A stretch of 63,982 nt of DNA, filler included, from a bacterium (GCA_040757115.1; 9 parts of 9 records of this genome joined end to end with filler, not necessarily neighbours in it); one strand, 5' to 3'; positions 41,875 to 52,191 are shown, counted from the first letter of the whole stretch. The notes: generated by a model from the letters alone, not told the origin. Program-made: numbers and translations.

Positions 41875-43167
41875 ATGTTAAAAAAATGGTTAAGTATTTT
41901 AGTAGTAATGAGCATCTTTTGTCTTAGCTATGTCAAAGAAGGTTGGACAGCGGCTTTTGAAGGACCGGGGGTATGCGTGCGACCATTAACTATGGGTGGG
42001 GCTTTTATTGGTTTAGCCGATGATTGGTCTGCGGTTATCTGGAATCCTGCTGGATTAACACAACTTGAAGGAAAAGGATTTGGGTTTAGCCTGGATTATG
42101 TCCCGGCAGAGGCAAGTGACAGTAATTCAGTAGCAAATAGACCTCTGAATCAAATAAATATGGACCAGCAAGATGTTTTCTTTCAATTAGGTGGTGAACC
42201 AACCGAATTTAACAAAAAAGATGTAAAATCCACTACCTATTTACCTACTTTAGCAGGTTATACATCCTTTAGAGGATTTATTTTAAGCGGAGCAATCTAT
42301 GTTCCTATGGGATATTCCTCTGACTGGGAAGATAGCAAAGAGGTAGTGCAAAAAGCTACTTATGAGATATCTAGTTTTGAAATAATCTATAATCTCAATG
42401 TAGCTAAGCAAGTAACGGATAAGCTCTCTATCGGTGCAGGTATTAACCTCCTTGATTGGACTTTGGAAAAAAAGGCAGAGAAAAAGGTAGCAGGGTATAC
42501 TCAAAATTTAGATTTAGATGGCGATGGTCAGGATTTTGAAGGGATAATCAGCTTATTTTGCAAGTGCCGGCCTGATTTAAACCTTGGGTTTGTCTATCAC
42601 ACGGGCAGTAAGATTGATGTAAAAGGAGATGCAAAAACACAATATCCTTTTCCTACAGGAACAATTACACCACCGTGGATAATGATGTACGAAAAATCAA
42701 ATTTCACGCTTAAACAACAGGTGCCAGCGACATACATTCTGGGGATAGCTTATAAGCCACAAGCAAAGCTGGTCATTACCGCAGATTGGCATCGCACAGA
42801 CTGGAGTAAGCAGAAGAAAGAGATGAGTTTTAACCAAGACGGATTATTCCTTAAGGATACAGTTCAATCCGTAGATTGGAAGGATACAAACAAAATTCGA
42901 CTTGGGGCAGAATATACACTTAACGAATTATGGAAACTAAGGGCAGGTTTCTTTACCGACCCATCCCCAATGCCAGACAAAGCAGTCAGTCTAACCAATC
43001 TTATTGACATAGATAGAGTATTCTATACCTTGGGTGCAGGTTGTAAGTATAATAATTGGCAGGTTGATATGGGAATTATGCATAACAAACAAGACCAAAC
43101 TATAGAAGGCGTAACCTACGAGAAAAAATGCACCTCTATTCATATCGCCACAAGTCGCCAACTTTGA
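41875..43167 (+). CDS. FadL/TodX-family outer membrane transporter
   Basis: Signal peptide, MGGAFIGLADDWSAVIWNPAGL, beta-barrel pattern. Confidence 0.88.
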   Translation: MLKKWLSILVVMSIFCLSYVKEGWTAAFEGPGVCVRPLTMGGAFIGLADDWSAVIWNPAGLTQLEGKGFGFSLDYVPAEASDSNSVANRPLNQINMDQQDVFFQLGGEPTEFNKKDVKSTTYLPTLAGYTSFRGFILSGAIYVPMGYSSDWEDSKEVVQKATYEISSFEIIYNLNVAKQVTDKLSIGAGINLLDWTLEKKAEKKVAGYTQNLDLDGDGQDFEGIISLFCKCRPDLNLGFVYHTGSKIDVKGDAKTQYPFPTGTITPPWIMMYEKSNFTLKQQVPATYILGIAYKPQAKLVITADWHRTDWSKQKKEMSFNQDGLFLKDTVQSVDWKDTNKIRLGAEYTLNELWKLRAGFFTDPSPMPDKAVSLTNLIDIDRVFYTLGAGCKYNNWQVDMGIMHNKQDQTIEGVTYEKKCTSIHIATSRQL

Positions 43168-43211
43168 TTTTTAGTCAACCTCTTGAAACTTTAAATAGAG
43201 AATAAATAAGT

Positions 43212-43721
43212 ATGTACTACGAAGATGTATTCAAGGAATTAAACAGAGAGAAGGTAAGATATTTAATTGTAGGTGGTGTAGCGGTTGTTTTACATGGTGT
43301 TGTGAGATTAACCGTTGATTTAGATATTTTTGTTGACTTCTCAAAGGAAAATATAGAAAAATTTGCCTTATGTATGAAAAATTTAGGTTATAGACCTAAA
43401 TTGCCTGTGAAAATAGAAGAGTTACAGGATGTAAAGAAAAGAAAGATATGGATAGAAGAAAAAGAGGCGAAGGTTTTTTCCCTTTTTCATTTGACCAAAC
43501 ATGAGGAACATCTCGATATTTTCATATATGAGCCTATCCCTTTTGAAGATGCTTATCAAAAGAGAAAAATTGTAGTGGCAAAAGGTATGGAAATACCTGT
43601 TGTATCTATTGATGATTTAATCAAGATGAAGGAGATAGCAGGCAGAGAGCAAGATTGGGCAGATATCTCTGCCTTAAAAGATTTAAAAGAACTGGTGAAA
43701 AATGAAGAAGAAAGGATATAG
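43212..43721 (+). CDS. Nucleotidyltransferase (DUF6036-like)
   Basis: VGGVAVVLHG..RLTVDLD; MK..AGREQD..D. Confidence 0.85.
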   Translation: MYYEDVFKELNREKVRYLIVGGVAVVLHGVVRLTVDLDIFVDFSKENIEKFALCMKNLGYRPKLPVKIEELQDVKKRKIWIEEKEAKVFSLFHLTKHEEHLDIFIYEPIPFEDAYQKRKIVVAKGMEIPVVSIDDLIKMKEIAGREQDWADISALKDLKELVKNEEERI

Positions 43722-43875
43722 TTTTAGAGTAAATAGAGATAATATAAAAAGATTTAAAGATATGTCCGCAGAGAGTAAATTGAATTGGTTAGAAAAGGCA
43801 AATAAATTTATTCAAACTACACTTCCTCAAGAAAAACTTAAAATCTGGGAAAAGATAAAAGAAGGAAGGGTTTAA
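43702..43875 (+). CDS. Small 57-aa partner protein (absent from the ORF track)
   Basis: MKKKGYSFRVNRDNIKRFKDMSAESKLNWLEKANKF...; overlaps the nucleotidyltransferase stop. Confidence 0.6.
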   Translation: MKKKGYSFRVNRDNIKRFKDMSAESKLNWLEKANKFIQTTLPQEKLKIWEKIKEGRV

Positions 43876-43890
43876 AAAGAGAAAGATAAA

Positions 43891-44712
43891 ATGCAGATAA
43901 TAGATTTAAGTTTGGCGTTAAAAGGTTATGGTCCAGAGCCTGACCCACCTAAAATTAAGTATATGAGTCATAAGACAGGGGCATTTTTACTTGGATTAGG
44001 GGCTTTGCTCTGTAAAAGTAATTCATTCATAGGACATCTAAAAAATTTTATCCTCTATTTAATCGGCAACTATAGAATTACCTCAAAAGATTTTCCTGAC
44101 CAGATGGGGATAGCCTTAGAAGAGATTAAAACCGATACCCATGCTGGAACTCATCTTGATGCCCCCTGGCATTTCGGTCCTACTGCTGAAAACAAACCGG
44201 CTAAAACTATTGGTGAAGTCCCACTCCAATGGTGCTACTCAGATGGCGTCGTGCTTGATTTAAGACATAAAAAGGCAGGTGAATTTATCACCATCGAGGA
44301 TATAAAATCTGCCTTGCAAAAGATTAATTACCAGATTAAACCTGATGACATCGTCCTGATTATGACCGGCTGGGATAAATTTCAAGATAGTAAAGAATAT
44401 CTAAATCATCCTGGAATGTCTGAAGAAGCAACTTTATGGCTAATTGAGCAAGGAGTAAAGATAATGGGGATTGATGCCTTTGGTTTTGACCGCGGTTGGC
44501 AGGCGATGTTTGATGATTATATTAAAACAAAGGATGCTAAATATCTCTGGCCCGCCCATTTTGTCGGCAGAAAAAAGGAATACTGCCACATCGAAAAAAT
44601 GGCAAATCTGGATAAAATACCAAAACCGTATGGGTTTAAAGTTATTTGTTTTCCAGTAAATATAGAAAAGGCAGGAGCTGGTTGGACAAGAGCCGTGGCG
44701 ATTATTGAATAA
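43891..44712 (+). CDS. Cyclase / kynurenine formamidase-like metal hydrolase
   Basis: HAGTHLDAPWHF, GID, HIEKMANL. Confidence 0.9.
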   Translation: MQIIDLSLALKGYGPEPDPPKIKYMSHKTGAFLLGLGALLCKSNSFIGHLKNFILYLIGNYRITSKDFPDQMGIALEEIKTDTHAGTHLDAPWHFGPTAENKPAKTIGEVPLQWCYSDGVVLDLRHKKAGEFITIEDIKSALQKINYQIKPDDIVLIMTGWDKFQDSKEYLNHPGMSEEATLWLIEQGVKIMGIDAFGFDRGWQAMFDDYIKTKDAKYLWPAHFVGRKKEYCHIEKMANLDKIPKPYGFKVICFPVNIEKAGAGWTRAVAIIE

Positions 44713-44774
44713 GGATTTATCTTCAACATATTAGAAATTATAAAAATTGCAGAAACTGTAAACAGAGGTATTTT

Positions 44775-44972
44775 ATGGAAAGAATTGTTTATAAAACCAA
44801 TAATTTTAAAGCGGCTGAGGAATGGAATATTTTACAGCAGACCCAATTGACCCCAAAGCAACGGCAAGAAATTGCATTAGAACTAAGGAAAAGAGTTTAT
44901 GGAACAAAAAATCTTGATGTAAAGGAGGCTTATAAACTTATCAAGAAAATCGTAAGCGTTCAGGTGGTGTAA
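44775..44972 (+). CDS. Small hypothetical protein; 3' end formed by a MITE
   Basis: RBS GAGG; LTPKQRQEIA motif; reads into the MITE at 44952. Confidence 0.5.
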   Translation: MERIVYKTNNFKAAEEWNILQQTQLTPKQRQEIALELRKRVYGTKNLDVKEAYKLIKKIVSVQVV

Positions 44973-45075
44973 CAAAAGGAGATGTGGAGATTAAGGAGAT
45001 AGGGAGATATTATTAAAAAAATTGAAATTAATAGAAACTAATAGAAATTTATGGAAATTTGTTGTTTTCCACAAT
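44952..45075 (-). mobile_element. MITE family A, partial at contig end
   Basis: Matches 16738 onward. Confidence 0.85.
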
Positions 45076-45175
45076 NNNNNNNNNNNNNNNNNNNNNNNNN
45101 NNNNNNNNNNNNNNNNNNNTTAATTAATTAANNNNNNNNNNNNNNNNNNNNNNNNNNNNNNNNNNNNNNNNNNNN

Positions 45176-45383
45176 AGAGTTTGGCTTTAACATCGACATA
45201 GGTATCCTTCATCCCCTTGATTAATGGTATTTGGTAGGGGTCAACGATTACTAAATCAACGATTTTTTCAGTCTCTTTAAAATCAATCACCGAGTTAAGA
45301 AAACTAATAAGGATATCCTTACTCCCTTGTGAGCCAAAAACCTTTTTGAAGGCATAATCTGTTTTAACATCTAAAAAACGCAT
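45176..45383 (-). CDS. Second Rpn-family gene, 5' part only (contig end)
   Basis: Same N-terminal protein sequence as 45450..46376, with a few synonymous differences. Confidence 0.75.
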
Positions 45384-45449
45384 CCAAATACTCCTTCCTT
45401 CTAAAAATAACCAACCACAGAGAGTTAAAAAAAGTCTGTGTGAAGATAT

Positions 45450-46376
45450 TTAATTAATACCCTTGATTTCCTCTATTGTTAATCCCGTTATCTGTGATAT
45501 TTTTTCAACTTTCTCGCCTGATTTCAAAAGAGTTTTCGCTACTTCTATTTTGCCTTGTTGTAACCCTTGTTGTATTCCTTCTTGTATTCCTTGTTTTAAT
45601 CCTTGTTGTATTCCTTGTTTTAACCCTTTTTGTATTCCTTTTTCTATTCCTTGTTTTAACCCTTGTTTTAAGGCAAACTCTATCGCACCTCTTTGCATTC
45701 GGATAAAATCGTGCCGCTTATATTGAATTTCTAACTCCTTTTCACTCATCCCCGCTGTATTGGCTATTTCAAATGCCTCCTTTATTTCTATCTCTTTAAC
45801 TAAGCTCTCTGGAGTATATTCAAGTCTGCCTGCATTCTTTATAAAATATATCCATTTGTCTTTGATTGAATCCAGCTCATCCTCATTCTTCTTGAATTTG
45901 GGCAATTCGATAAAAACAAGTTCGATTTCATCATGGTATTTGATTAAAGTCTCCTTTTCAATGAGATTGAAATAGGTGATAACCTTATCTACATCCTCGA
46001 ACATGATAAAGTCCGTAATGGTTAGAGCAATAATAGGTTCAAGGCTGGTAAATGATTCTGTCTCTTTTAGCTGAGCTGAATATGTCTTAGCCGCATTATA
46101 TAAAATCCTTTTCTCAAACCCTTCTACATTCAAAACCTGCATCTCGATAATGACATTCTTCTGGTTTGAGAGTTTGGCTTTAACATCGACATAGGTATCC
46201 TTCATCCCCTTGATTAATGGTATTTGGTAGGGGTCAACGATTACTAAATCAACGATTTTTTCAGTCTCTTTAAAATCAATCACCGAGTTAAGAAAGCTAA
46301 TAAGTATATCCTTACTCCCTTGAGAACCAAAAACCTTTTTGAAGGCATAATCTGTTTTAACATCTAAAAAACGCAT
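45450..46376 (-). CDS. Rpn-family PD-(D/E)XK nuclease / putative transposase
   Basis: DYAFKKVFG, VDV, IIEMQ, FIELPKF; 12-bp QG(L/I)(K/Q) repeats. Confidence 0.9.
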   Translation of the reverse strand: MRFLDVKTDYAFKKVFGSQGSKDILISFLNSVIDFKETEKIVDLVIVDPYQIPLIKGMKDTYVDVKAKLSNQKNVIIEMQVLNVEGFEKRILYNAAKTYSAQLKETESFTSLEPIIALTITDFIMFEDVDKVITYFNLIEKETLIKYHDEIELVFIELPKFKKNEDELDSIKDKWIYFIKNAGRLEYTPESLVKEIEIKEAFEIANTAGMSEKELEIQYKRHDFIRMQRGAIEFALKQGLKQGIEKGIQKGLKQGIQQGLKQGIQEGIQQGLQQGKIEVAKTLLKSGEKVEKISQITGLTIEEIKGIN

Positions 46377-46412
46377 CCAAATACTCCTTCCTTCAATGTT
46401 TATATCATACAT

Positions 46413-46441
46413 ATTATAACTCATGGAAAGCTTTTTGTCAA
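46413..46441 (-). promoter_or_regulatory. Sigma70 promoter of the rpn gene
   Basis: TTGACA-N17-TATAAT. Confidence 0.8.
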
Positions 46442-46656
46442 GCAAAATTCACATAAGTAAAGTGTTACATAAAATGTAATCTACGAACAAAGTTTCCACC
46501 TGTGCGGTTAAATGTAAAATGGATAATGTAAAATGAGAAATGTAAAATGAAAATGGATAACTGAAAGGTAATGAGTCTTGCGAAGTGCTAAAATTTCCCA
46601 TTTTTCATTTCCTATTTTACATTTATTTTTCCTTTGCGTCTTTGCGATGAATTAGT

Positions 46657-47346
46657 CTAATCGCACAGGTCGCAAAGTTTTTCTTCTACAATCTGTCCGT
46701 CCCGCAAATGAATAATTCGTTTGGCGTAACCAGCGATGTCTAATTCATGGGTGATGAGGATAATAGTTGCTCCATTTTTATTGAGTTGGACGAATATCTC
46801 CATTATTTCTTTACTGGTGGTGGTATCGAGATTACCTGTCGGTTCATCGGCACAGATAATTGTCGGATTATTTATTAATGCTCGAGCAATGGCTACCCGT
46901 TGTTGTTCACCACCAGAGAGTTCAGATGGTAGATTCTTTACTTTTGTCGCCAGACCAACTTTTTGAAGCATCTCTTCTGCCTGTTTTTTTCTCATATGTC
47001 GCGGAACATTTGCGTAACAAAGAGGTAACAAAACATTTTCCTGTGAAGTAGTTTTCTTTAGAAGATTAAATGACTGGAAGACAAACCCAATTTTTGTATT
47101 TCTGATTTTGGCTAATCCATAATCGTCCTTTTGGCTAATATCTTCTCCTTCCAATAAATATCTACCTGAGGTAGCCTTATCCAGACAACCAATAATATTC
47201 ATCAAGGTAGATTTTCCTGAACCAGAAGGCCCCATTATGGCAATAAATTCACCTTTTCCAATCCCAAGCGATAGATTTTTTAAGGCAGAAAAACTATCCT
47301 TTCCCATTGGATAGAGTTTGGTAATATCTTTTAATTCAATCAGCAT
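46657..47346 (-). CDS. MacB/LolD-type ABC transporter ATP-binding protein
   Basis: [25 protein letters not shown]. Confidence 0.95.
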   Translation of the reverse strand: MLIELKDITKLYPMGKDSFSALKNLSLGIGKGEFIAIMGPSGSGKSTLMNIIGCLDKATSGRYLLEGEDISQKDDYGLAKIRNTKIGFVFQSFNLLKKTTSQENVLLPLCYANVPRHMRKKQAEEMLQKVGLATKVKNLPSELSGGEQQRVAIARALINNPTIICADEPTGNLDTTTSKEIMEIFVQLNKNGATIILITHELDIAGYAKRIIHLRDGQIVEEKLCDLCD

Positions 47347-48556
47347 TTTTCCTTACCTTGATTTTAGTCCCCTCTTTTAAATCAACCGGGGGGTTCAGGA
47401 CTACTTCTTCTCCTATTTTTAACCCGGATAGGACCTCAACCTCATTAGGATTACGCAGTCCCAAAGATACTTCCTGCTTTATGAGTTTATTATCTTTTAG
47501 CACAAAGACATAAAATTTATCATCAATACTAAGTGTAGCCTCATACGGTATTTTTAGAACATCCACTTTTCTCTTAGAAATAATCACTACATCAGTGAGC
47601 ATTTCACTGCGTAGAGGAAGACTACTTTTGACTAATGTAATAGTTACCTCAAATGTATTAATCTTTTCCTGGAGAATAGGGGAGGGGGCGATTTTGGTAA
47701 TTACACCAGAGATACTCTGTCCGGGGAAGGCATCAGGAATGACTGTAGTTTTCATCCCTAACCCAATTTTGGCAATGTCCACTTCATCCAAATCGGTTTT
47801 GACCACAAATTGACTCGGCGAGATAACGACGGAGAGAAGTTGTCCTTGAGGAACATAAGTGCCTTCTTTGCTACCTTTATAAATGACAATGCCGTCAATC
47901 GGAGATGGAATCTTTGACCAATCAACCTGTTGCTGGATAAAAGTCAGGTTGGCTTTGACACTCGCTATTTTAGATGTTACGGTTTCTATCTCTTCCTGGT
48001 ATTGATTTCTTTTTTCTTCCAGGCGATAATTGGCAAGATTCAGGGCAATTTTAGCCTTTTCACATTCTACCTCTAATCTTTTATATTCATCTTCGGAAAC
48101 TGCATTAATTTCAAAAAGCCTCTTTTTAGATAAAAATTGTCTATTAATCTCATCAAACCATACCTTCGCCTCATCTGCTTTCTCTTCTATCTCTTTGAGA
48201 TTAATCCCTCGAAGAAGGCTATTAAGTTCGGATTGATAGGAAACCAGTAATGCAGATTGTTCTTTCTGTTTAGCTAATAATTCTTTATCATTCATTGTGG
48301 CTATTATTTGACCTTTCTTGACTTCTGTGCCTTCTTCTAAGATATCAACTACCACCCCGGGGATTTTAGCACGCAGTTCAAACCTTTCTTTTGCCTCGAT
48401 TTTACCGCGAGAGGTAACCTTAAGTATTAATTCCCCGCGAGTCACCGAGCCTTTGGTTATTGTAACTGTTTTTTCTACATTCTTCTTTATCAAAATAAAA
48501 CTAATAATACTTACAATAAGAATTATTATCGTCAAAGTTATAATCCGTTTTTTCAT
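47336..48556 (-). CDS. MacA-like periplasmic adaptor (membrane fusion protein)
   Basis: N-terminal TM, lipoyl halves around a coiled coil, SPIDG. Confidence 0.9.
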   Translation of the reverse strand: MKKRIITLTIIILIVSIISFILIKKNVEKTVTITKGSVTRGELILKVTSRGKIEAKERFELRAKIPGVVVDILEEGTEVKKGQIIATMNDKELLAKQKEQSALLVSYQSELNSLLRGINLKEIEEKADEAKVWFDEINRQFLSKKRLFEINAVSEDEYKRLEVECEKAKIALNLANYRLEEKRNQYQEEIETVTSKIASVKANLTFIQQQVDWSKIPSPIDGIVIYKGSKEGTYVPQGQLLSVVISPSQFVVKTDLDEVDIAKIGLGMKTTVIPDAFPGQSISGVITKIAPSPILQEKINTFEVTITLVKSSLPLRSEMLTDVVIISKRKVDVLKIPYEATLSIDDKFYVFVLKDNKLIKQEVSLGLRNPNEVEVLSGLKIGEEVVLNPPVDLKEGTKIKVRKNAD

Positions 48557-48570
48557 AAAATTCTTTTCTC

Positions 48571-49566
48571 CTACCACCAACATTGGCTATCTTGTGCAAA
48601 GTAATCACCAGTTAGAGCAAAGGCTAATGCCCGACAACCAAAACAGTCTGAAACACTACAAATAGAACATTTCCCTTTGAGATGTCTTTTATCTTTCAAT
48701 TCCTTCAGGAGAGCAGTCTGCTCGTAAATATTCTTTAAAGAATCTTTAAGAAGGTTTCCTATGCTCAGATTGAACCTTCGACAGGGAAATACCTCACCAT
48801 CTGGCATAATACAGAGCGTGTCGCCAATATTACATTTTGCCCCTAATATTTTTATGGTTTTATCCCATTTTATCCAAAATGCCTTATAAGGCAAGAAATC
48901 ATCCAGTTCAAATTTATTTGGGATTATCTTTAAAATTAACTCTATCAGTCTTTTGTAATCTTTTTGGTCTAAAACCTCCTCGGCTATTTGATTTCCTTTT
49001 CCCAGCGGTATAAACCTTTCAAGGATAACACCGTCTATTGAATGCCTTTTACAAAATTGTGGAATTTCTACAATCTCCTCTAAATTTGTTTTCAGGACAG
49101 TGAACATCAGGACAACTTCTAATCCTTTATCTTGCAATAAGTCCATTGCTTTAATGACCTTTTTAAAGACCCCATTGCCTCTTATGGTATCACAACTCTG
49201 TTCCTTTAAACCTTCGAGAGAAATCTTTATCCTTTTTAATTTTGGAAACTCAGTCAATCTTTTTAAGACATCTTCACCCATAAGAGTAGCATTGGTAATA
49301 ATATTTGTCTCTTTCACCAGTGGACTATGGTCAAGATATTCTAACAACAAGAAGAGTTCTTTTTTTAGAAGTGGTTCACCTCCTGTAATATCTATCCTTG
49401 TAGATTTATGCCATTGAGTTAAGGTAGTGATGATGTTATCGGCGAAATATTTTATCTTTGCCCAATCAATATCTAAACTCCGTGTAAAATCAGATTGATA
49501 ACAGTGTTTACATTTAAGATTACAAAGGTTGGTAATATGCCACTGGAAATTAAATTCACCTTTCAT
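48571..49566 (-). CDS. Radical SAM / SPASM domain protein
   Basis: CNLKCKHC, GGEP, SPASM cysteines C..GEVFPC..CSIC..C.GC..C. Confidence 0.92.
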   Translation of the reverse strand: MKGEFNFQWHITNLCNLKCKHCYQSDFTRSLDIDWAKIKYFADNIITTLTQWHKSTRIDITGGEPLLKKELFLLLEYLDHSPLVKETNIITNATLMGEDVLKRLTEFPKLKRIKISLEGLKEQSCDTIRGNGVFKKVIKAMDLLQDKGLEVVLMFTVLKTNLEEIVEIPQFCKRHSIDGVILERFIPLGKGNQIAEEVLDQKDYKRLIELILKIIPNKFELDDFLPYKAFWIKWDKTIKILGAKCNIGDTLCIMPDGEVFPCRRFNLSIGNLLKDSLKNIYEQTALLKELKDKRHLKGKCSICSVSDCFGCRALAFALTGDYFAQDSQCWW

Positions 49567-49639
49567 GGTATTTATGAGATCCTGACTTTATGACTAAACC
49601 GACTTTTCGTACAGATTTAGGCATAGGAATTTCCTTTTT

Positions 49640-49895
49640 GGACGCAGATGAACGCAGATTTTCAAGATTTTAATATAAAGAATTAACTGAGAAAATCATA
49701 GTAGATAAGCATGAAACATAACTTCTTCAAATCTAACAGATATTGAAGTTGGACTATTACTACCCCGAAGTTAAACCAAAGGCATTTGATGATATTGGAA
49801 AATAGACAGCATGCAAATAAATACAGATTTTACAGGAGATCTTCGCAGATTATTTAATTTTTTATTATCCTGATAATCTGCGCAAATCTGCGTCC
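49640..49895 (+). pseudogene. Internally deleted GxxExxY gene inside inverted repeats
   Basis: GGACGCAGATGAACGCAGATT...AATCTGCGCAAATCTGCGTCC; encodes YKELTEKII, TDIEVGLLL, PEVKPKAFD. Confidence 0.65.
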
Positions 49896-49916
49896 CATTA
49901 ACCTGACAATGTCAAG

Positions 49917-50432
49917 TCAATATTGTATCAACGAAAATAGATTATAATCTTTTAGTTTCTCTCTGCCGTGCAAAAATGCCAATTCGACAATAAATGCCAA
50001 TGCCACAACCTTACCCCCTGCTTTTTCTACTAATTTACACATCGCCTTTGCTGTTCCACCTGTGGCTAACAGGTCATCTATAATCAATACCTCTTGTCCA
50101 CTCTCAACAGCATCTTCATGCATTTCTATGGTGTCGATTCCATACTCTAATTCATAAGAAACAGAGGTAGTTTTATAAGGTAATTTACCTGGTTTACGCA
50201 TTGGAACAAATCCTACCCCTAATTTATAGGCAACTGGTGCTCCAACGATAAATCCCCTTGCCTCTACCCCAACTACAATATCTACCTTATGTTTTTTATA
50301 CCTATCTACTATTGTATCAATAGCTTGAGCAAAGGCATTTTTGTCCTTCCATAGCGGCGTAATGTCTTTGAAGATTATACCTTCTTTTGGAAAATCAGGT
50401 ATATCCCGAATGTAACTCTTTAAATCCTGCAT
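49917..50432 (-). CDS. apt: Adenine phosphoribosyltransferase
   Basis: DFPKEGIIFKDIT, EARGF, IDDLLATGGT. Confidence 0.97.
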   Translation of the reverse strand: MQDLKSYIRDIPDFPKEGIIFKDITPLWKDKNAFAQAIDTIVDRYKKHKVDIVVGVEARGFIVGAPVAYKLGVGFVPMRKPGKLPYKTTSVSYELEYGIDTIEMHEDAVESGQEVLIIDDLLATGGTAKAMCKLVEKAGGKVVALAFIVELAFLHGREKLKDYNLFSLIQY

Positions 50433-50481
50433 TTTTTACCTCCTTGTATTTGGTAATTGGTAACTGGTAACTGGTAATTAG

Positions 50482-51357
50482 TTACCATTTACCAGTTATC
50501 CCATCTTCTGGCATTTTAATAGTAATCTCCTTAAGTAAATAATATAAATCTTCCCGAAAGGTTTTCTTTTCAATCTTGTTTTTTAAATCTTCACGACAGG
50601 AAGCAATAATTCGAAAAACTACCCTGTCTTGTAAGATTTGAAGTATTTTTGCTTGCGTGCTCAAGTCAATCTCATCGATATTATTCACGAATAAAGTTGC
50701 CTGTTCCCATTTGCCTGTTGATAATATTAGTTCTAAATCTTCGACCTTTGCCTTAATAAAAGGCTGACCACTTTTGTGACTTTGCAGATGAATCATATGA
50801 GCAACTACCTCACAATCAGAATTAGACTTACCTTGAATCAAAACATTAAAATTTGTTGTTGCGGCTCTTGAAATTTTCTTGCGTAATTCCTCAATTTCTT
50901 TACTAGCACCTTTAATATCATATACCTTACTTAGAATCTGTTTTAGATTTTTATTTTCTTGTTTTAGTTGATTATTTTCCTGTTCTAATATTCGTAATCG
51001 TAAGACATTTTTCACTGTTGCTAAGATTTTTCCCTTTATCAATGGTTTTTCGATAAAGTCAATTGCCCCGGTTTTAAGTGAGTCAACGACAGTTTCTATC
51101 TCTGCCTGCCCGGAAATCATAATTACAGGCAAGTTGTCTTTAATGAGTCCAATCTGTTTTAATACCTCCCCCCCTTTCATTTTAGGTAACCAGACATCTA
51201 AGATAACTAAATCTATTTTAAGTTCTTTTATCTTTTGTAAGGCATCCTCGCCGTCTTTGGCGCTGACAACGACATATCCATCATCTTCTAAAATCATAGA
51301 TAATGTCTCGCGGATACTCCGTTCATCATCTACGACTAATACCTTTGGCTGAATCAT
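50482..51357 (-). CDS. Response regulator with degenerate sigma54-activator domain
   Basis: VDDE, LDVWLP, IEKP receiver; FREDLYYLL retained, Walker A and GAFTGA lost. Confidence 0.85.
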   Translation of the reverse strand: MIQPKVLVVDDERSIRETLSMILEDDGYVVVSAKDGEDALQKIKELKIDLVILDVWLPKMKGGEVLKQIGLIKDNLPVIMISGQAEIETVVDSLKTGAIDFIEKPLIKGKILATVKNVLRLRILEQENNQLKQENKNLKQILSKVYDIKGASKEIEELRKKISRAATTNFNVLIQGKSNSDCEVVAHMIHLQSHKSGQPFIKAKVEDLELILSTGKWEQATLFVNNIDEIDLSTQAKILQILQDRVVFRIIASCREDLKNKIEKKTFREDLYYLLKEITIKMPEDGITGKW

Positions 51358-51474
51358 TTGTTATCCCCCTGCTGAATCTTATTATACCATAACTATACCT
51401 CTCTTTGTCAAATACTTTTTTTTATTTGACATCTTTACATCAAAGTGTTATACTTTTTTCACTCAGGGTTTAGT

Positions 51475-52191
51475 ATGTATGAAAAAAGATGGTATCGCGA
51501 GTTAATTAAAGGAGATAATTTAGTCAGTTTTGATGTGCAGATAGAGGAAACTGACCTTTCAGTGATGGCAGATAAAGACTTAAGGCGAGAGGTAGCAAGA
51601 TTAATCTTAAGAATCCGTGAAAGGATAAAGAAATATATTGTTACTGACCCCAATTTTAAAAGAAGTCTTATTCCCTGTGAAGTCCCTCGCTATGCCCCAA
51701 AGATAGTCAGGGAAATGGCCTGGGCAGGAAAAGTAGCTGGAGTAGGACCAATGGCCGCTGTTGCGGGTGCTATTGCTGAATATGTAGGAAAAGGGATATT
51801 GAAATATTCTAAAGAAATAATTGTTGAAAATGGGGGCGATATTTTTATAAAAACCATCAGGAAAAGAAAAATAGGGATATTCGCCGGCCTATCCCCACTC
51901 AGCAACAAAATAGCCATAGAAATAAATGCAAACGACACACCACTGGGCATTTGCACCTCATCCGGAACCGTCGGTCCTTCGTTAAGTTTTGGTCAAGCAG
52001 ATGCCGTGGTAGTCTTATCTTATTCGACTTCATTAGCCGATGCAGGTGCCACCGCCATTGGTAATTTAGTTAAAAAGAAAGATGATATTGAACCAGCCAT
52101 TGAGTTTGCCAAAACTATTGAGGGAATTAAAGGAGTTATTATCATTAAAGACAAAAATTTGGGAGTCTGGGGAGATATAAAACTTAGGTAA
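51475..52191 (+). CDS. UPF0280 / ApbE-like protein
   Basis: VGPMAAVAG, ENGGDI, CTSSGTVG.SLSFG.AD; promoter TTGACA-N17-TATACT at 51426..51454. Confidence 0.88.
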   Translation: MYEKRWYRELIKGDNLVSFDVQIEETDLSVMADKDLRREVARLILRIRERIKKYIVTDPNFKRSLIPCEVPRYAPKIVREMAWAGKVAGVGPMAAVAGAIAEYVGKGILKYSKEIIVENGGDIFIKTIRKRKIGIFAGLSPLSNKIAIEINANDTPLGICTSSGTVGPSLSFGQADAVVVLSYSTSLADAGATAIGNLVKKKDDIEPAIEFAKTIEGIKGVIIIKDKNLGVWGDIKLR

